From IMG/VR virus record IMGVR_UViG_3300048998_000202: a stretch of 64,000 nt of DNA; one strand, given 5' to 3'. Below are positions 17,491 to 26,813 of this stretch, in pieces. Source of the DNA: a virus. Lineage: Duplodnaviria > Caudoviricetes. The position numbers were made by a program, and so were the translations under genes. The notes below the pieces were generated by a model, which worked only from the letters and a program-made list of their open reading frames with translations, did no database searches and was not told the DNA's origin. Every line of letters begins with the position of its first letter. Position 1 is the stretch's first letter.

Positions 17491-20400
17491 TCAACCGAGC
17501 GTCACGGCCTCCCAGTGTCCTCCGACACAGACGTGGATCTCCGTGATGTCCCAGCTCGCAGGCTCGACCTTGGGCAGGAACCGTACGTGATGGTCTCGGT
17601 AGTCCAGCGTGATGTGCGGGGTCCACCCGTGGTCGTTGCGAACGTCGTAGCCGTGGGTCTCCAGGACATCCACCAGAGACTGGCGGAACGCCCCTCCGTG
17701 GGGGATGTCGACGGCAGCCCACAGCACATGCTGGCCAGGGTTCACGAATGTCCCGGCACCGCCTATACGAGCCGTCAGAGCCTTCTGAGTCCTGGCCCAG
17801 CCCTCGACCAGACCGTGCAGATCCCGGCGCTGCTTGGCGGTGTACTCCTTGGCGCTGCCCATGTAGGCCAGCGTGACGTGCATGGCCTCCACCGGCTCGC
17901 CGTCTTCCACGGCGATGTCCTGGCGGATCTTCTTCGGCGGGACGATGGCGATCATCATGCCGCCCGTGTCGGCGCCCTCGGCGGCCGTCTTGAAGTCCAA
18001 GCCGGAGAGCTTGGAGTCGAAGAGAGTGGTCAACGTGGTCCTCCTGGCGGTCGTTGGGACCCAAGACGTGGGGCCCGACGGGGACTCGTTCTTCCACTGG
18101 ACGAGCTGGGCCCACGGCTTGTCGGGGTGCTGGTCCAGGTACTTCTCGATGATGTTGGACAGATCAAACAGACCGTGACCACCGTCACCGAAAGCATCGG
18201 AGCGATGGGTGTGCAACTCCTCCCAGAGGTTCGCCGCCATACGGTGGCGCTCCTCGGCCGGGAGCTGGCCGATGGCCTGGATCTCGTGCAGAAGCGCCTC
18301 AGCATAGCCCCAGTACGACTCGGGCAGGTGGGTGGCGTTCCAGTCCTTCGGGACCTGGAGGGGGTGTACGGCCCAGTCGTCGCTGGTGACGTTGTACGCG
18401 GCATAGGGGCGCAGGTTCTTGATGTCCCAAGCACGGGGGTTTACGAAGAATGTTCTGTCGAAAGGCCCCACGCTCCGGCCGTCGGCCAAGGTGAAGAAGT
18501 AGTCCTTCACGTTCGCCATGGCCCACAGTTCGTCGGTGAGGGCAGTGGCGATCTCGGCGTCCTCCATCTCCTCGCATTGTGGGTCGTGGTCCCGGAACTC
18601 CTCGAAGTCGATGCCGATCAGGATGTCGAAGTCGCCGTTGCCCTGACCGTTCTGGTCCAACCACTGGGCGGCCTGGGACCCGGCGAAATACACCCGAGTC
18701 CACTTCTGCCAATCCCCGTACTTCCCCAGGACACCCCCCACGCGGTCCAGGATGTCCTGGCGGACCTCCGGGCGCAGGTGGTCGCCGTTGAAGAGTCGCT
18801 GGTCGTTCTGAGCGCTGTTGGGCCCCCAGTACTTTCCCTCCGGGAGCCAGGTGTGGGTCTGGGTGTACACCGGCCGATCTCCGACACTTCCTGCATGAGG
18901 ATCATCCTCGCCGTGAGAACCGTCCAGGTGAGCCCAGCCGTCCTGTGGGGTCATCTCCACCTCATGACCCCAGGAGTCCTTGCCCTGCGTGCCGTCCGGA
19001 ACAGGACCACCATCCGCGCTGGCCGTACGGCGAGCGCCCATCTCGGTGCGCTTGCGGTACCACTCCTTGCCCGAGGGGTGATCCATGGCCTGGTTGTAAT
19101 GATCGGGGTTGTTGTAGTCGCCCAGAGGAGCCGCCATACCCAGTTCGTGGGCGATAGCGAGACGATGGTGGCCGTCCATCACGTTCTTGCCGTCTAGAAG
19201 GACTGGAGCCTGAATTCCATGCTCGGCGATATGACTCTTCAGCGCGTCATAGTAAGCAGGCGCACTCTGGCGTAGCCGTTTCGCCACCTGGTCGAGGTTC
19301 AATCCCGGGTGATCAGGAAAGTGCAGGGATCCATATTCCTCGGGCTGCATGGTCCGACTGGGCCCAGGGTCATCTGCGACACTGGCCCGCTTGGTGACCG
19401 TGCTGACCTTGTACCGGCTCGGGTCGTCCTTCATCAGCCGCAGGTGCTTGCGGTAGTTACGGGTGAAAGTGCTTGCTGCGTCCTCGCCGAACATGTGGTG
19501 CAGCGCGTCGTGGTAGCCCTGCCGGAAACCGTCGCCGTGCACGACGTCGTCCGGCTGCCCGGCCTGGCTCATGTCCCGGCCGTTGCGGTGGATGTCCAGC
19601 AGGTGCCCGGCCTCGTGCGCCAGAGTGCCGTAGTCGTAGCGCCTCTTGTGCAGAGACACCCCGACGTCGCCCGTGTCAGCGTCGTAGGCCACCGAGGAAG
19701 AAGAGCGTGCCGGGTCCTCGTGGCGCTCCACGAAGGCGCTGGCGGCCCCGGGGTGCCCGTGGGCCTCCAGGACGTCCTGGAGGCGCTGGGACGCCTTCTG
19801 CTCGCTGTAGGGCAGCGGGTTGCCGACCTCCGGGTGCTGCTCGCGCAGGACCTTCTGGGCCATGGCGGTGGCGGCCTGGTGCGGCCGGGCGGCCGGATCC
19901 AGGACAGCACGCTTGCGCATGGGCCGCAGGAAGTCGTACCGACTGTAGGGCTCGGCCTTCTCGGCAGAGACGTCCCGGTGCGTACCGGACTCGCTGTCGT
20001 GGCCCTGCTTCCAGGAAACGCCGTGGACCATCAGCTTGGCGTCAGGACGTACCGGCAGGCGCCAGGAAACCTCAGGGTCGTACTTCTCCCCGTCCCGGAA
20101 GTTCTCGGTCCAGTGGTGCTTCTCCAGCGGGGTTCCGGCGTGCAGCACGACGTGGGTGGACGGGCAGCCGCCGTAGCCGGTCTCCGAATCGCCGCAGTCG
20201 TGCCCGCGCTCGTGATCGTGGTACGCCTTCCAGCCGCCCTGGTCTCCGTACTCGGCGGCCTTCTCCTTGCTCGGGCTCCAGTAGTTGCCCAGACCCCCGG
20301 TGGTTCCCTTGGCCTCCTCGGAGGTGATCTCCGGCCGCTCCTTACGGACGTGGGCCAGGAGCATGTGGGCGCGGGCTCCGGCGGGCTGGCTCTCGTCGTG

Positions 20401-21603
20401 GACGAACTTGTGGATGTGCTCGGGCAGCACGACGGACAGACCCCGGTGGATCAGGCCCGGGTCGTCAGGGTCCTCGGCGGCGTGCTTGCGCACCGAGATC
20501 TCCTTGTCATCGTCGTCGTACTCCGGGTCCTCCAGCGCTCCGGGGTCGGGGTGGTGTTTCACCCAGGCGTCCAGCATGTGCGGCGGCACCAGACGCGGGT
20601 GCATGCCCTTCTCCAGGTCCTCGTCGGCCATGTGGGCGTCGCTGCGCTCGTAGTCCTCGTCGCTGTCGTAGTCCAGCTCGGGGTAGTCGTGCATGGACTT
20701 GCGGTAGGTGTGCGGCTCGGAGCGGTATTGCACCGCGTTCTGAGCCTTGCGCAGCGTCTCGGGATTGTGCTCCCACATCGGCTTGTGCGCCGGGACCGGC
20801 GGCTGAGCCTTCTCGCGCTCGTTCATCTCCGGGTTGGCGCCGCTGTAGCGGGCCTGCCCGCCCATCCTCATGAGCTGGTCGGTCTGCTGGAACCTGTCCC
20901 GGAACGCCTCGCGGGCCACATAGCTGTTCGGGTGATGGTCCACCAGGGCGTGCTCGAAGTGGTCCCTGAAGTTGTCACCGTGCGGCTCCTCGTCGTCCTG
21001 GGTGCCCTTCTCCCGGTCGATGTGGTGGGCCAGCTCGTGCAGGAGGGTGCCGTGGTTCATGCCGCCCTTGCCGAGCACGATCCGAGGCGTGCCGTGCTCA
21101 GGGTGGATCTGGGCGAAGGAGTAGTCACGTTCCGGAGTGTGTTGAACGACGACCGGCCGTACCCCGGCCTTCTTGGTGACCTTGTCGGCGATTTGCTGGG
21201 CGTGCTCCACCGAGCTGACCGGGTGCTCAGGAAGATGCAGGGCCATCCGGTCCTCGGCTCCGTACTGACGTGCCTGTGTCCACGTCATCGGAGTCTTGCG
21301 GTCCTCGAACCGCATCTCGGGCTCGTGGTACTCTCCCGCCGTCCGGCGCCCTGTGGGGTGCGGATAGGCGCACATGATGCCCTCGGGCCCGAAGGCTCCG
21401 AAGCTGTGGCTGGGACCACCGTCGTTGTACCGGCCATCGCAAGGGGCATCGTCGGCGGTGTCAGCCGGTACGGTCCCTGCGGCGTCGCACAGGTAGCACT
21501 CGAAGCCGCTCCCGTGCTCCCCATGGCCACCGCAGCACGGGCAGGTCTTCTCCGGGCCGCTGGCGCCCTTCCCGAACAAGGTGGTCAGAGTCCTGAGCTT
21601 CAC
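17491..21603 (-). CDS. polyvalent multidomain protein: Zn finger, two HExxH zincin-like domains, ART-like domain, ParB-like domain, Pol-beta nucleotidyltransferase, 2H phosphoesterase
   Basis: GGAGG-GTG start 21603; CPCCGG..CYLC; HELAH; IHRG..GLGNYWS; HEAGH; PVLL...DGHHRL; FAGS..DFDIL; HVT/HIT. Confidence 0.8.
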   Translation of the reverse strand: MKLRTLTTLFGKGASGPEKTCPCCGGHGEHGSGFECYLCDAAGTVPADTADDAPCDGRYNDGGPSHSFGAFGPEGIMCAYPHPTGRRTAGEYHEPEMRFEDRKTPMTWTQARQYGAEDRMALHLPEHPVSSVEHAQQIADKVTKKAGVRPVVVQHTPERDYSFAQIHPEHGTPRIVLGKGGMNHGTLLHELAHHIDREKGTQDDEEPHGDNFRDHFEHALVDHHPNSYVAREAFRDRFQQTDQLMRMGGQARYSGANPEMNEREKAQPPVPAHKPMWEHNPETLRKAQNAVQYRSEPHTYRKSMHDYPELDYDSDEDYERSDAHMADEDLEKGMHPRLVPPHMLDAWVKHHPDPGALEDPEYDDDDKEISVRKHAAEDPDDPGLIHRGLSVVLPEHIHKFVHDESQPAGARAHMLLAHVRKERPEITSEEAKGTTGGLGNYWSPSKEKAAEYGDQGGWKAYHDHERGHDCGDSETGYGGCPSTHVVLHAGTPLEKHHWTENFRDGEKYDPEVSWRLPVRPDAKLMVHGVSWKQGHDSESGTHRDVSAEKAEPYSRYDFLRPMRKRAVLDPAARPHQAATAMAQKVLREQHPEVGNPLPYSEQKASQRLQDVLEAHGHPGAASAFVERHEDPARSSSSVAYDADTGDVGVSLHKRRYDYGTLAHEAGHLLDIHRNGRDMSQAGQPDDVVHGDGFRQGYHDALHHMFGEDAASTFTRNYRKHLRLMKDDPSRYKVSTVTKRASVADDPGPSRTMQPEEYGSLHFPDHPGLNLDQVAKRLRQSAPAYYDALKSHIAEHGIQAPVLLDGKNVMDGHHRLAIAHELGMAAPLGDYNNPDHYNQAMDHPSGKEWYRKRTEMGARRTASADGGPVPDGTQGKDSWGHEVEMTPQDGWAHLDGSHGEDDPHAGSVGDRPVYTQTHTWLPEGKYWGPNSAQNDQRLFNGDHLRPEVRQDILDRVGGVLGKYGDWQKWTRVYFAGSQAAQWLDQNGQGNGDFDILIGIDFEEFRDHDPQCEEMEDAEIATALTDELWAMANVKDYFFTLADGRSVGPFDRTFFVNPRAWDIKNLRPYAAYNVTSDDWAVHPLQVPKDWNATHLPESYWGYAEALLHEIQAIGQLPAEERHRMAANLWEELHTHRSDAFGDGGHGLFDLSNIIEKYLDQHPDKPWAQLVQWKNESPSGPTSWVPTTARRTTLTTLFDSKLSGLDFKTAAEGADTGGMMIAIVPPKKIRQDIAVEDGEPVEAMHVTLAYMGSAKEYTAKQRRDLHGLVEGWARTQKALTARIGGAGTFVNPGQHVLWAAVDIPHGGAFRQSLVDVLETHGYDVRNDHGWTPHITLDYRDHHVRFLPKVEPASWDITEIHVCVGGHWEAVTLG

Positions 21604-21612
21604 GTGCACCTC

Positions 21613-21645
21613 CACCCCTTCAGGGGGTCGCCGGGGGCCGGGACA
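21613..21645 (-). promoter_or_regulatory. putative late (phage-sigma) promoter
   Basis: TGTC-N19-TGAAGGGGTG, same spacing as the copy at ~59472-59504. Confidence 0.45.
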
Positions 21646-21648
21646 GCA

Positions 21649-21745
21649 GAAGGCCCCGCACCACAAGGGTGAGGGGCCTTCGAGCAAGGGGCCGGGGAAA
21701 CCGGCCGATCCCGCCAGAGATCCGAACTGGAGGCCCGAGGGCACA
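21649..21745 (-). ncRNA. candidate multi-target antisense small RNA
   Basis: intergenic; contains CCUCC + GGAUCUCUGGCGGGAUC complementary to a leader motif of many genes; ends in hairpin 21649-21681. Confidence 0.55.
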
Positions 21746-21807
21746 GATCTACCTTTGCTCCGGCCCCATGGAAGCACGAATCCCGAGGTCAACGCAAGGT
21801 TGTCTCA

Positions 21808-24660
21808 TCAGTAACGGGGGCGGCGTGTCCGTGATCCACCTCTCATTGAATCGGGTCTCATCCCTCGGGACTTCCCGAATCCTCCGAGCTGCTGGAAGAT
21901 CTGCTGCGGCGTTCTGGGGCTGTTGCTCATATCGTCGTTCCGGCTCATTCCGGGGAATGGCTCCATACCGCCCAGCAGCGCCCCCTGAGGGCGCATCGAG
22001 CCCAGTTCAGAGCGCATGGAGACGATCTGGTCTCCGATCAGCGCCATGACGCACTCCATCATCGCGTCGGCGACGTCCTTGGTCTGGACGGGCCCGCTGT
22101 CGGGGTGGTCCACCGCCCCGCTCTTCTCCTGGAGGAAGCGCAGCTCCAGCTCGGCCTGCTCGTAGTACGGCGCATGGACCCAGCCCATATAGACGGCGGT
22201 CTTGAATATCTCGGCCCGCTGCCAGTTGTGCTGTCTAGTCGCGGTCTTCTCATAGACCTGGGTGGTCTTGGGCAGCGTCGCCATTCGGGACCTGCGGGCC
22301 AGTCGCTGGATGACCTGGGCCGAGTTGAACTGGTCGAAAGTCATTTCTGTTGGCATGAACGGGGCGAGCATATTGCTCCAGATCCACTCCTCGACTTCGT
22401 CGTAATCGACGATGTGATCGGTGAAGTCCCCCGGAATGAAGTGATGGATCTTGTCGAAGACGACATGGAGCCGGTTGTCCGGGCCGGGCTCGGCGTGGGC
22501 CATGGCCAAGCCGAAGTTCGCGTTGGACTTGCTGGGGTCACCATGGGCCTTGTAGTCCAGGTCCAGACGGCCGCTCTCCTGCATGACCAGCAGGGGGCCG
22601 CCGAAGTGCGGTATCCGGCCCTCCCAGGGCTGGAAGATCTGCCGGACCTTCTCCTCTTTCAGGTAGGCGTCCAGTGCCACGGCGAAGTGGGACCGGCGCT
22701 CCACCTTGAAGGTCTCGGGGTTGGACTGCTCCAGCCGGGCCATCTGGTCGTCGTACGCCTGGATGGCACCGCGCAGGGGCTGGAAGTACAGCGGCGGCTG
22801 GTCCGCGTACTCCCCCAGGTCTCCGGTGTACCCCTCGGGGAAGATCGGGATCTCGTGGGCGATCTCCCAGTCCTTGTAGATGTCCCAGCTCGTGAGCTGG
22901 ACCATCAGCATCTCGGCGTAGACCGGCTCGCCCTCATCGTCTTCCAGGAGCGAGTTGCAGTAGTTGACGTAGAACTGCCCGAGCATCTGCCACGGCGAGC
23001 TGGGCTCGATGATGAAGGCGTCGGCCCCGAACTGGTCCAGGGAGGGCGTGGCGGCGCTGTTGTGCGAGACCAGTCCTTCAGCGATGAACGTGCCCGTGGA
23101 CGTCTCGATGTCCACCAGGCGCTGAGTCGGAAGCTCCTCGATCGAGACCACGCGCTTGAAGCTGCGATCTCCACGTACTGCTCGTCCCTGCCAGAGGTTC
23201 TGGACATTCTGGTTCAGCCGCAGCGGGCGGTACTGACCGAGGAACCGGAAGCAGTCCCGGAGTCCGACGATCTGGAACGACTGGCAGGTGCCCTTGCGCA
23301 CGTCGTGCCGTACGTCGAACTGCGCGTCCTCTAGGAGGTTCAAGACGCGATCTCGGACGAGACCCGGATTCTGGGCGAATCCGATCTTCATCGAGCCGCG
23401 CTCATCGAATCGGACGTGTCCCTCCCCGTCGTAGACCCCGGACAGATAACCGCCCTCGCGGGTGTTGTCCTCCTCCCAGGGGTCCACCAGGTGCTGGATG
23501 TGGTCTCCCACCCGAAGCTGAGACCAGTTCCCCCCGGCGCCATTGCGCAAGACGGACGGCTTGGTGATGGTCGCCCACCTGGTGTTGCCGCCCTTGAGGA
23601 CACGTGACCTCAACCACCGGTGATTCCCGGAACACACAACGGTCGAGCTGTCCTCCAGCGTGATGCGATAGGCGATCCCTTCCGTGTCCCACTTGTGCAC
23701 AACGGTGGCTTCGCGCAACTTGCGCGGGGTTCCGGATGCCCCAGAAGGTTCCTCGTCCATGGCCACCAGCGCATCGCCAGCCACCAAATCATCGATCTTG
23801 ACCCACGTCAGATCGGCCTTGAGAACCCGCGTCTCCGGATCCAGGCAGTAGACCTCCTCCGCAGCCCGGTTGGCCCCGGAGGCCACGACGTGCGCCATCT
23901 CGTCGTACGCCTGGCAGAACGAGGTGGGACCGCGTCCGGCCATGAGCGTGCTCTCCTTCGGCACGATCTCGAAGGTGGCCATGTTGATGTCGTCGGGGTT
24001 CATGCCCTGCTGGGCCCGCTTGCGCATGCGGACGAAGTCGTGCGGGGCGTAGACACTGAGTTTCTCGGCCTGGAGAGGCGCCCGGATGTACGGGGCGAAG
24101 CAGGCTGAGCCGACGATATAGTTGACCGCGTCCTGCCAAACGGTGGCCTTGGCCTGGTCCCGCTTCCCTGCGAAGACCATGGCCACGAGCTTCTTATCGC
24201 GGTCCACCCCGTAGTACCGCTGGGGGTCTCCCTTGGCCATGTAGTTCCACAGCACGTAGGCCATGGACAGCCCGGATATGTGCCCCTTACCGGCGCGGCG
24301 GCCCATCACGAGCAAGGTCTCGCGGAACCACTTCCGGCCCTCCTTGCGGAGCTTGGCCATGCGACGCCGGACACCCGGCACCACACCGTTGTTCCCCGTG
24401 GTCCGGAAGGACTCCTCCCACTCGTCGATGACCATGTGGTCGTAGTCGGTGAGCAGGTCCAGACGCAGGAAGATGATCTTCAGCAACGTGGCCTGGCGCG
24501 GGTAGATGTTCGCGCGGTCCAGATAGTCCTCGTCGATCACGAATGTGATCGGGTCGGGTATCTGGAGGCCGGTGAAGAGCTGAAAGATCTGGCCTGGTCC
24601 CATGCCGATGGGTATGCCGGAGGACCGGGCCTTCGTCTTGACCGGGGAGGGGGCTGGCAC
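21808..24660 (-). CDS. terminase large subunit (intein-containing)
   Basis: Walker A MGRRAGKG, Walker B QAYDEMAH, RNase H-like C-domain (HGDPS, TFDQFNS, KDVAD). Confidence 0.9.
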   Translation of the reverse strand: MPAPSPVKTKARSSGIPIGMGPGQIFQLFTGLQIPDPITFVIDEDYLDRANIYPRQATLLKIIFLRLDLLTDYDHMVIDEWEESFRTTGNNGVVPGVRRRMAKLRKEGRKWFRETLLVMGRRAGKGHISGLSMAYVLWNYMAKGDPQRYYGVDRDKKLVAMVFAGKRDQAKATVWQDAVNYIVGSACFAPYIRAPLQAEKLSVYAPHDFVRMRKRAQQGMNPDDINMATFEIVPKESTLMAGRGPTSFCQAYDEMAHVVASGANRAAEEVYCLDPETRVLKADLTWVKIDDLVAGDALVAMDEEPSGASGTPRKLREATVVHKWDTEGIAYRITLEDSSTVVCSGNHRWLRSRVLKGGNTRWATITKPSVLRNGAGGNWSQLRVGDHIQHLVDPWEEDNTREGGYLSGVYDGEGHVRFDERGSMKIGFAQNPGLVRDRVLNLLEDAQFDVRHDVRKGTCQSFQIVGLRDCFRFLGQYRPLRLNQNVQNLWQGRAVRGDRSFKRVVSIEELPTQRLVDIETSTGTFIAEGLVSHNSAATPSLDQFGADAFIIEPSSPWQMLGQFYVNYCNSLLEDDEGEPVYAEMLMVQLTSWDIYKDWEIAHEIPIFPEGYTGDLGEYADQPPLYFQPLRGAIQAYDDQMARLEQSNPETFKVERRSHFAVALDAYLKEEKVRQIFQPWEGRIPHFGGPLLVMQESGRLDLDYKAHGDPSKSNANFGLAMAHAEPGPDNRLHVVFDKIHHFIPGDFTDHIVDYDEVEEWIWSNMLAPFMPTEMTFDQFNSAQVIQRLARRSRMATLPKTTQVYEKTATRQHNWQRAEIFKTAVYMGWVHAPYYEQAELELRFLQEKSGAVDHPDSGPVQTKDVADAMMECVMALIGDQIVSMRSELGSMRPQGALLGGMEPFPGMSRNDDMSNSPRTPQQIFQQLGGFGKSRGMRPDSMRGGSRTRRPRY
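23059..23847 (-). mobile_element. intein (263 aa) with a single LAGLIDADG motif
   Basis: Y|CLDPET start, SGNH block B, YLSGVYDGEG, VSHN|S end. Confidence 0.9.
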
Positions 24661-24664
24661 GGGG

Positions 24665-24847
24665 TCAGTCCCCGTGTCCCCAGGCGCAGTGCACGAGGCC
24701 CTTCTCACGGTCTACGACGGTCCAGCCGTGCATCTGGGCGATGTCCACGGTCTGGAGTGCTCCATCGGCCTCCTGTGGCCTCCAGAAGATCGACTTGCAG
24801 CCGTCGTGTGAACACTTCACGTGCTCGGTGACGTTCTCTTCGGGCAT
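24665..24847 (-). CDS. small Cys/His protein
   Basis: KCSHDGC...GW...HC; TGATG coupling. Confidence 0.6.
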   Translation of the reverse strand: MPEENVTEHVKCSHDGCKSIFWRPQEADGALQTVDIAQMHGWTVVDREKGLVHCAWGHGD

Positions 24848-25275
24848 CAGTGACCGCACCCCTTTCCGTGCTTGTGGTCCCGAGCGGACTGGAGGGCCTT
24901 CCTGGCGTCCTCGGCGGTCACCTTGAGCTTCCCGCCCGTGCCAAGTTGAAGCAGGTCGTTCTGGACCTCGTGGCCCATCTGCGCGTGGTCGAAGGTCGAT
25001 CTGCTGGTGCGGCCCTTGACGACGATCTCCGGGATCAGAAGGTCGTCGACCTTCTCCATCGTGCCGTTGTCCTTCTCCACCCCTGCGGAGTACCAGCGCA
25101 CCGAGACCACCAGGCCGATGGCGGCGAAGCGCTCCCGGACCTCGTTTCCGTACTTCTCGTAGGAGATGCGCTGGCCGCGCCGCTTGTTGAGGATCTCCAG
25201 GATCCCCTCGATCTTGATGATCTCGGAGTCGTAGAGCTGTATCTGGCTGTCGACTCCGCCTGTCTCGGTGGTCAC
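24847..25275 (-). CDS. hypothetical protein
   Basis: GAGGAG RBS, GTGA overlap. Confidence 0.75.
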   Translation of the reverse strand: MTTETGGVDSQIQLYDSEIIKIEGILEILNKRRGQRISYEKYGNEVRERFAAIGLVVSVRWYSAGVEKDNGTMEKVDDLLIPEIVVKGRTSRSTFDHAQMGHEVQNDLLQLGTGGKLKVTAEDARKALQSARDHKHGKGCGH

Positions 25276-25727
25276 TCGGTCTCCTCAGGGGTGCTGGCCG
25301 GGCTCAGCGCGTTGGGGGTGTCCGGATCGCCGTCGGCGCCCGGCGGGTTGGGATCCCCCACCCACGGTGGTGGATCCACGGGTAGCGGCGGCCGTTCGGC
25401 TTCCGGGGGATAGACGGTGCCGCCGGAGGTGTCCTGGATGAAGCCGGTGAAGTAGTCGTCGGATACGTGGGACCAGGTCGCCGGGTAGTTGAAGATCAGC
25501 CAGTGTCCGGCGGGCACCTGGATCTGCTGCGAGTCGGCTTCGTTCCACACCGTGGCATCGACCGTGTTCAAGACCGCGTACATCGGCACGATGTCCCGGG
25601 GGAAGAACGCGCCGTCGGGGTCCGGGAACACGACCGGCAGCGTCCACCGGTCCAAACGCGGAACCGCTACGCCCTCCGGGACCTCCATGGCCCAGGTGAC
25701 GTAGCGGTCGTAGGTGTTGTTGGGCAA
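25272..25727 (-). CDS. hypothetical protein with Pro-rich tail
   Basis: ORF in operon, TTG start. Confidence 0.65.
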   Translation of the reverse strand: MPNNTYDRYVTWAMEVPEGVAVPRLDRWTLPVVFPDPDGAFFPRDIVPMYAVLNTVDATVWNEADSQQIQVPAGHWLIFNYPATWSHVSDDYFTGFIQDTSGGTVYPPEAERPPLPVDPPPWVGDPNPPGADGDPDTPNALSPASTPEETE

Positions 25728-25733
25728 ACGCCC

Positions 25734-26774
25734 CTACCTCCCGAGCTTGGAGTGGCACGTACCGCACCGCTCCGCGTGGTCGTTGACCAGGTTGCCGCCC
25801 CCGCGCTGGAGGTTGCGCCGCGTGGTGCTGCGCGCCCCGATCTCCGGGTCGTTGGCCTGGTTGGTCATCAGGTTCACCACGTCGAACATGGTGATTTCGC
25901 GGCCTTCGGTGTCGCTGGCCAGAGCCGGGACGAGGTCCTCCAGGCGGCCGATCGTCCGCAGCGGCAGGTTCTGCTCAGCGGCGGCCCGGCGCAGGGCTCC
26001 CGTCGGGTCGTTGCCCAGCGGGGTGTTGCGCAGGTCGTAGAAGGCGTGGATGTCGGCCTCCAGCCGGTCCACCGCACGGGCGATCTCGGCCTCGAACAGC
26101 GTCTCGATCTCCCGCTCGGAGGCTCCACGGGCGTCGACCCTCAGACCCTGGTCGGGGAGTTCCATGCCGTTGGTGCACACCAGCCGGTACAGGTACGGCT
26201 GGATCCAGGGGGCGCTGTTGATCTTGCGGTCCTGGCCGATGCGGACACCGCCCCGAGTGATGTCACCGACGCCGGGAACGCCAAGGGCCTGGGGGTCGCC
26301 GCCAGTGCCGCGCTCGAAGCCCTCGGGGAAGATGACGTCCACGCGCAGCTCGTTCTGGTCCAGCCAGTGGTCCACGATCGGGGACTCGGCGGGGAACGTG
26401 GCCAGAGCCGCCTGGATAAGCCGGTTGGGTCGGACCCGGACCTCCCCGGCCTTGCGGATGTCGTAGACACCGTCCTCGTTGTACTGGACGGTCACCTCGT
26501 TGTCGGCCCGGTTGATCTGGGTGGCCAGGAGGAACTGCTGCTGGTCGGTGTCCAGGCGGCCGAAGAACTTCGGCGGGATGTCGAAGAAGGTGGCGAAGGA
26601 GGCCAGACCCTCCTTGGTGGCCCGGACTTCATGCTCGCCCAGGCGCAGGTGGGGCTGGTCGTCCTCCAGCATCACGCGGATGTGCTGGGAGACACCGCCC
26701 CAGGTGGTCAGGCGCTGGTCGTACTCGTTGGAAAGGTCTTCCAGGGTGGTGCCGGGCAAGCTGGTGAGGTACAC
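25734..26774 (-). CDS. DUF932-like protein
   Basis: PYLYRLVCTNGM motif; TMFDVVNLMT. Confidence 0.75.
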   Translation of the reverse strand: MYLTSLPGTTLEDLSNEYDQRLTTWGGVSQHIRVMLEDDQPHLRLGEHEVRATKEGLASFATFFDIPPKFFGRLDTDQQQFLLATQINRADNEVTVQYNEDGVYDIRKAGEVRVRPNRLIQAALATFPAESPIVDHWLDQNELRVDVIFPEGFERGTGGDPQALGVPGVGDITRGGVRIGQDRKINSAPWIQPYLYRLVCTNGMELPDQGLRVDARGASEREIETLFEAEIARAVDRLEADIHAFYDLRNTPLGNDPTGALRRAAAEQNLPLRTIGRLEDLVPALASDTEGREITMFDVVNLMTNQANDPEIGARSTTRRNLQRGGGNLVNDHAERCGTCHSKLGR

Positions 26775-26813
26775 GGGTTCTCCTCTGATCGGTGGCGGGA
26801 AGATTTTAAAATC

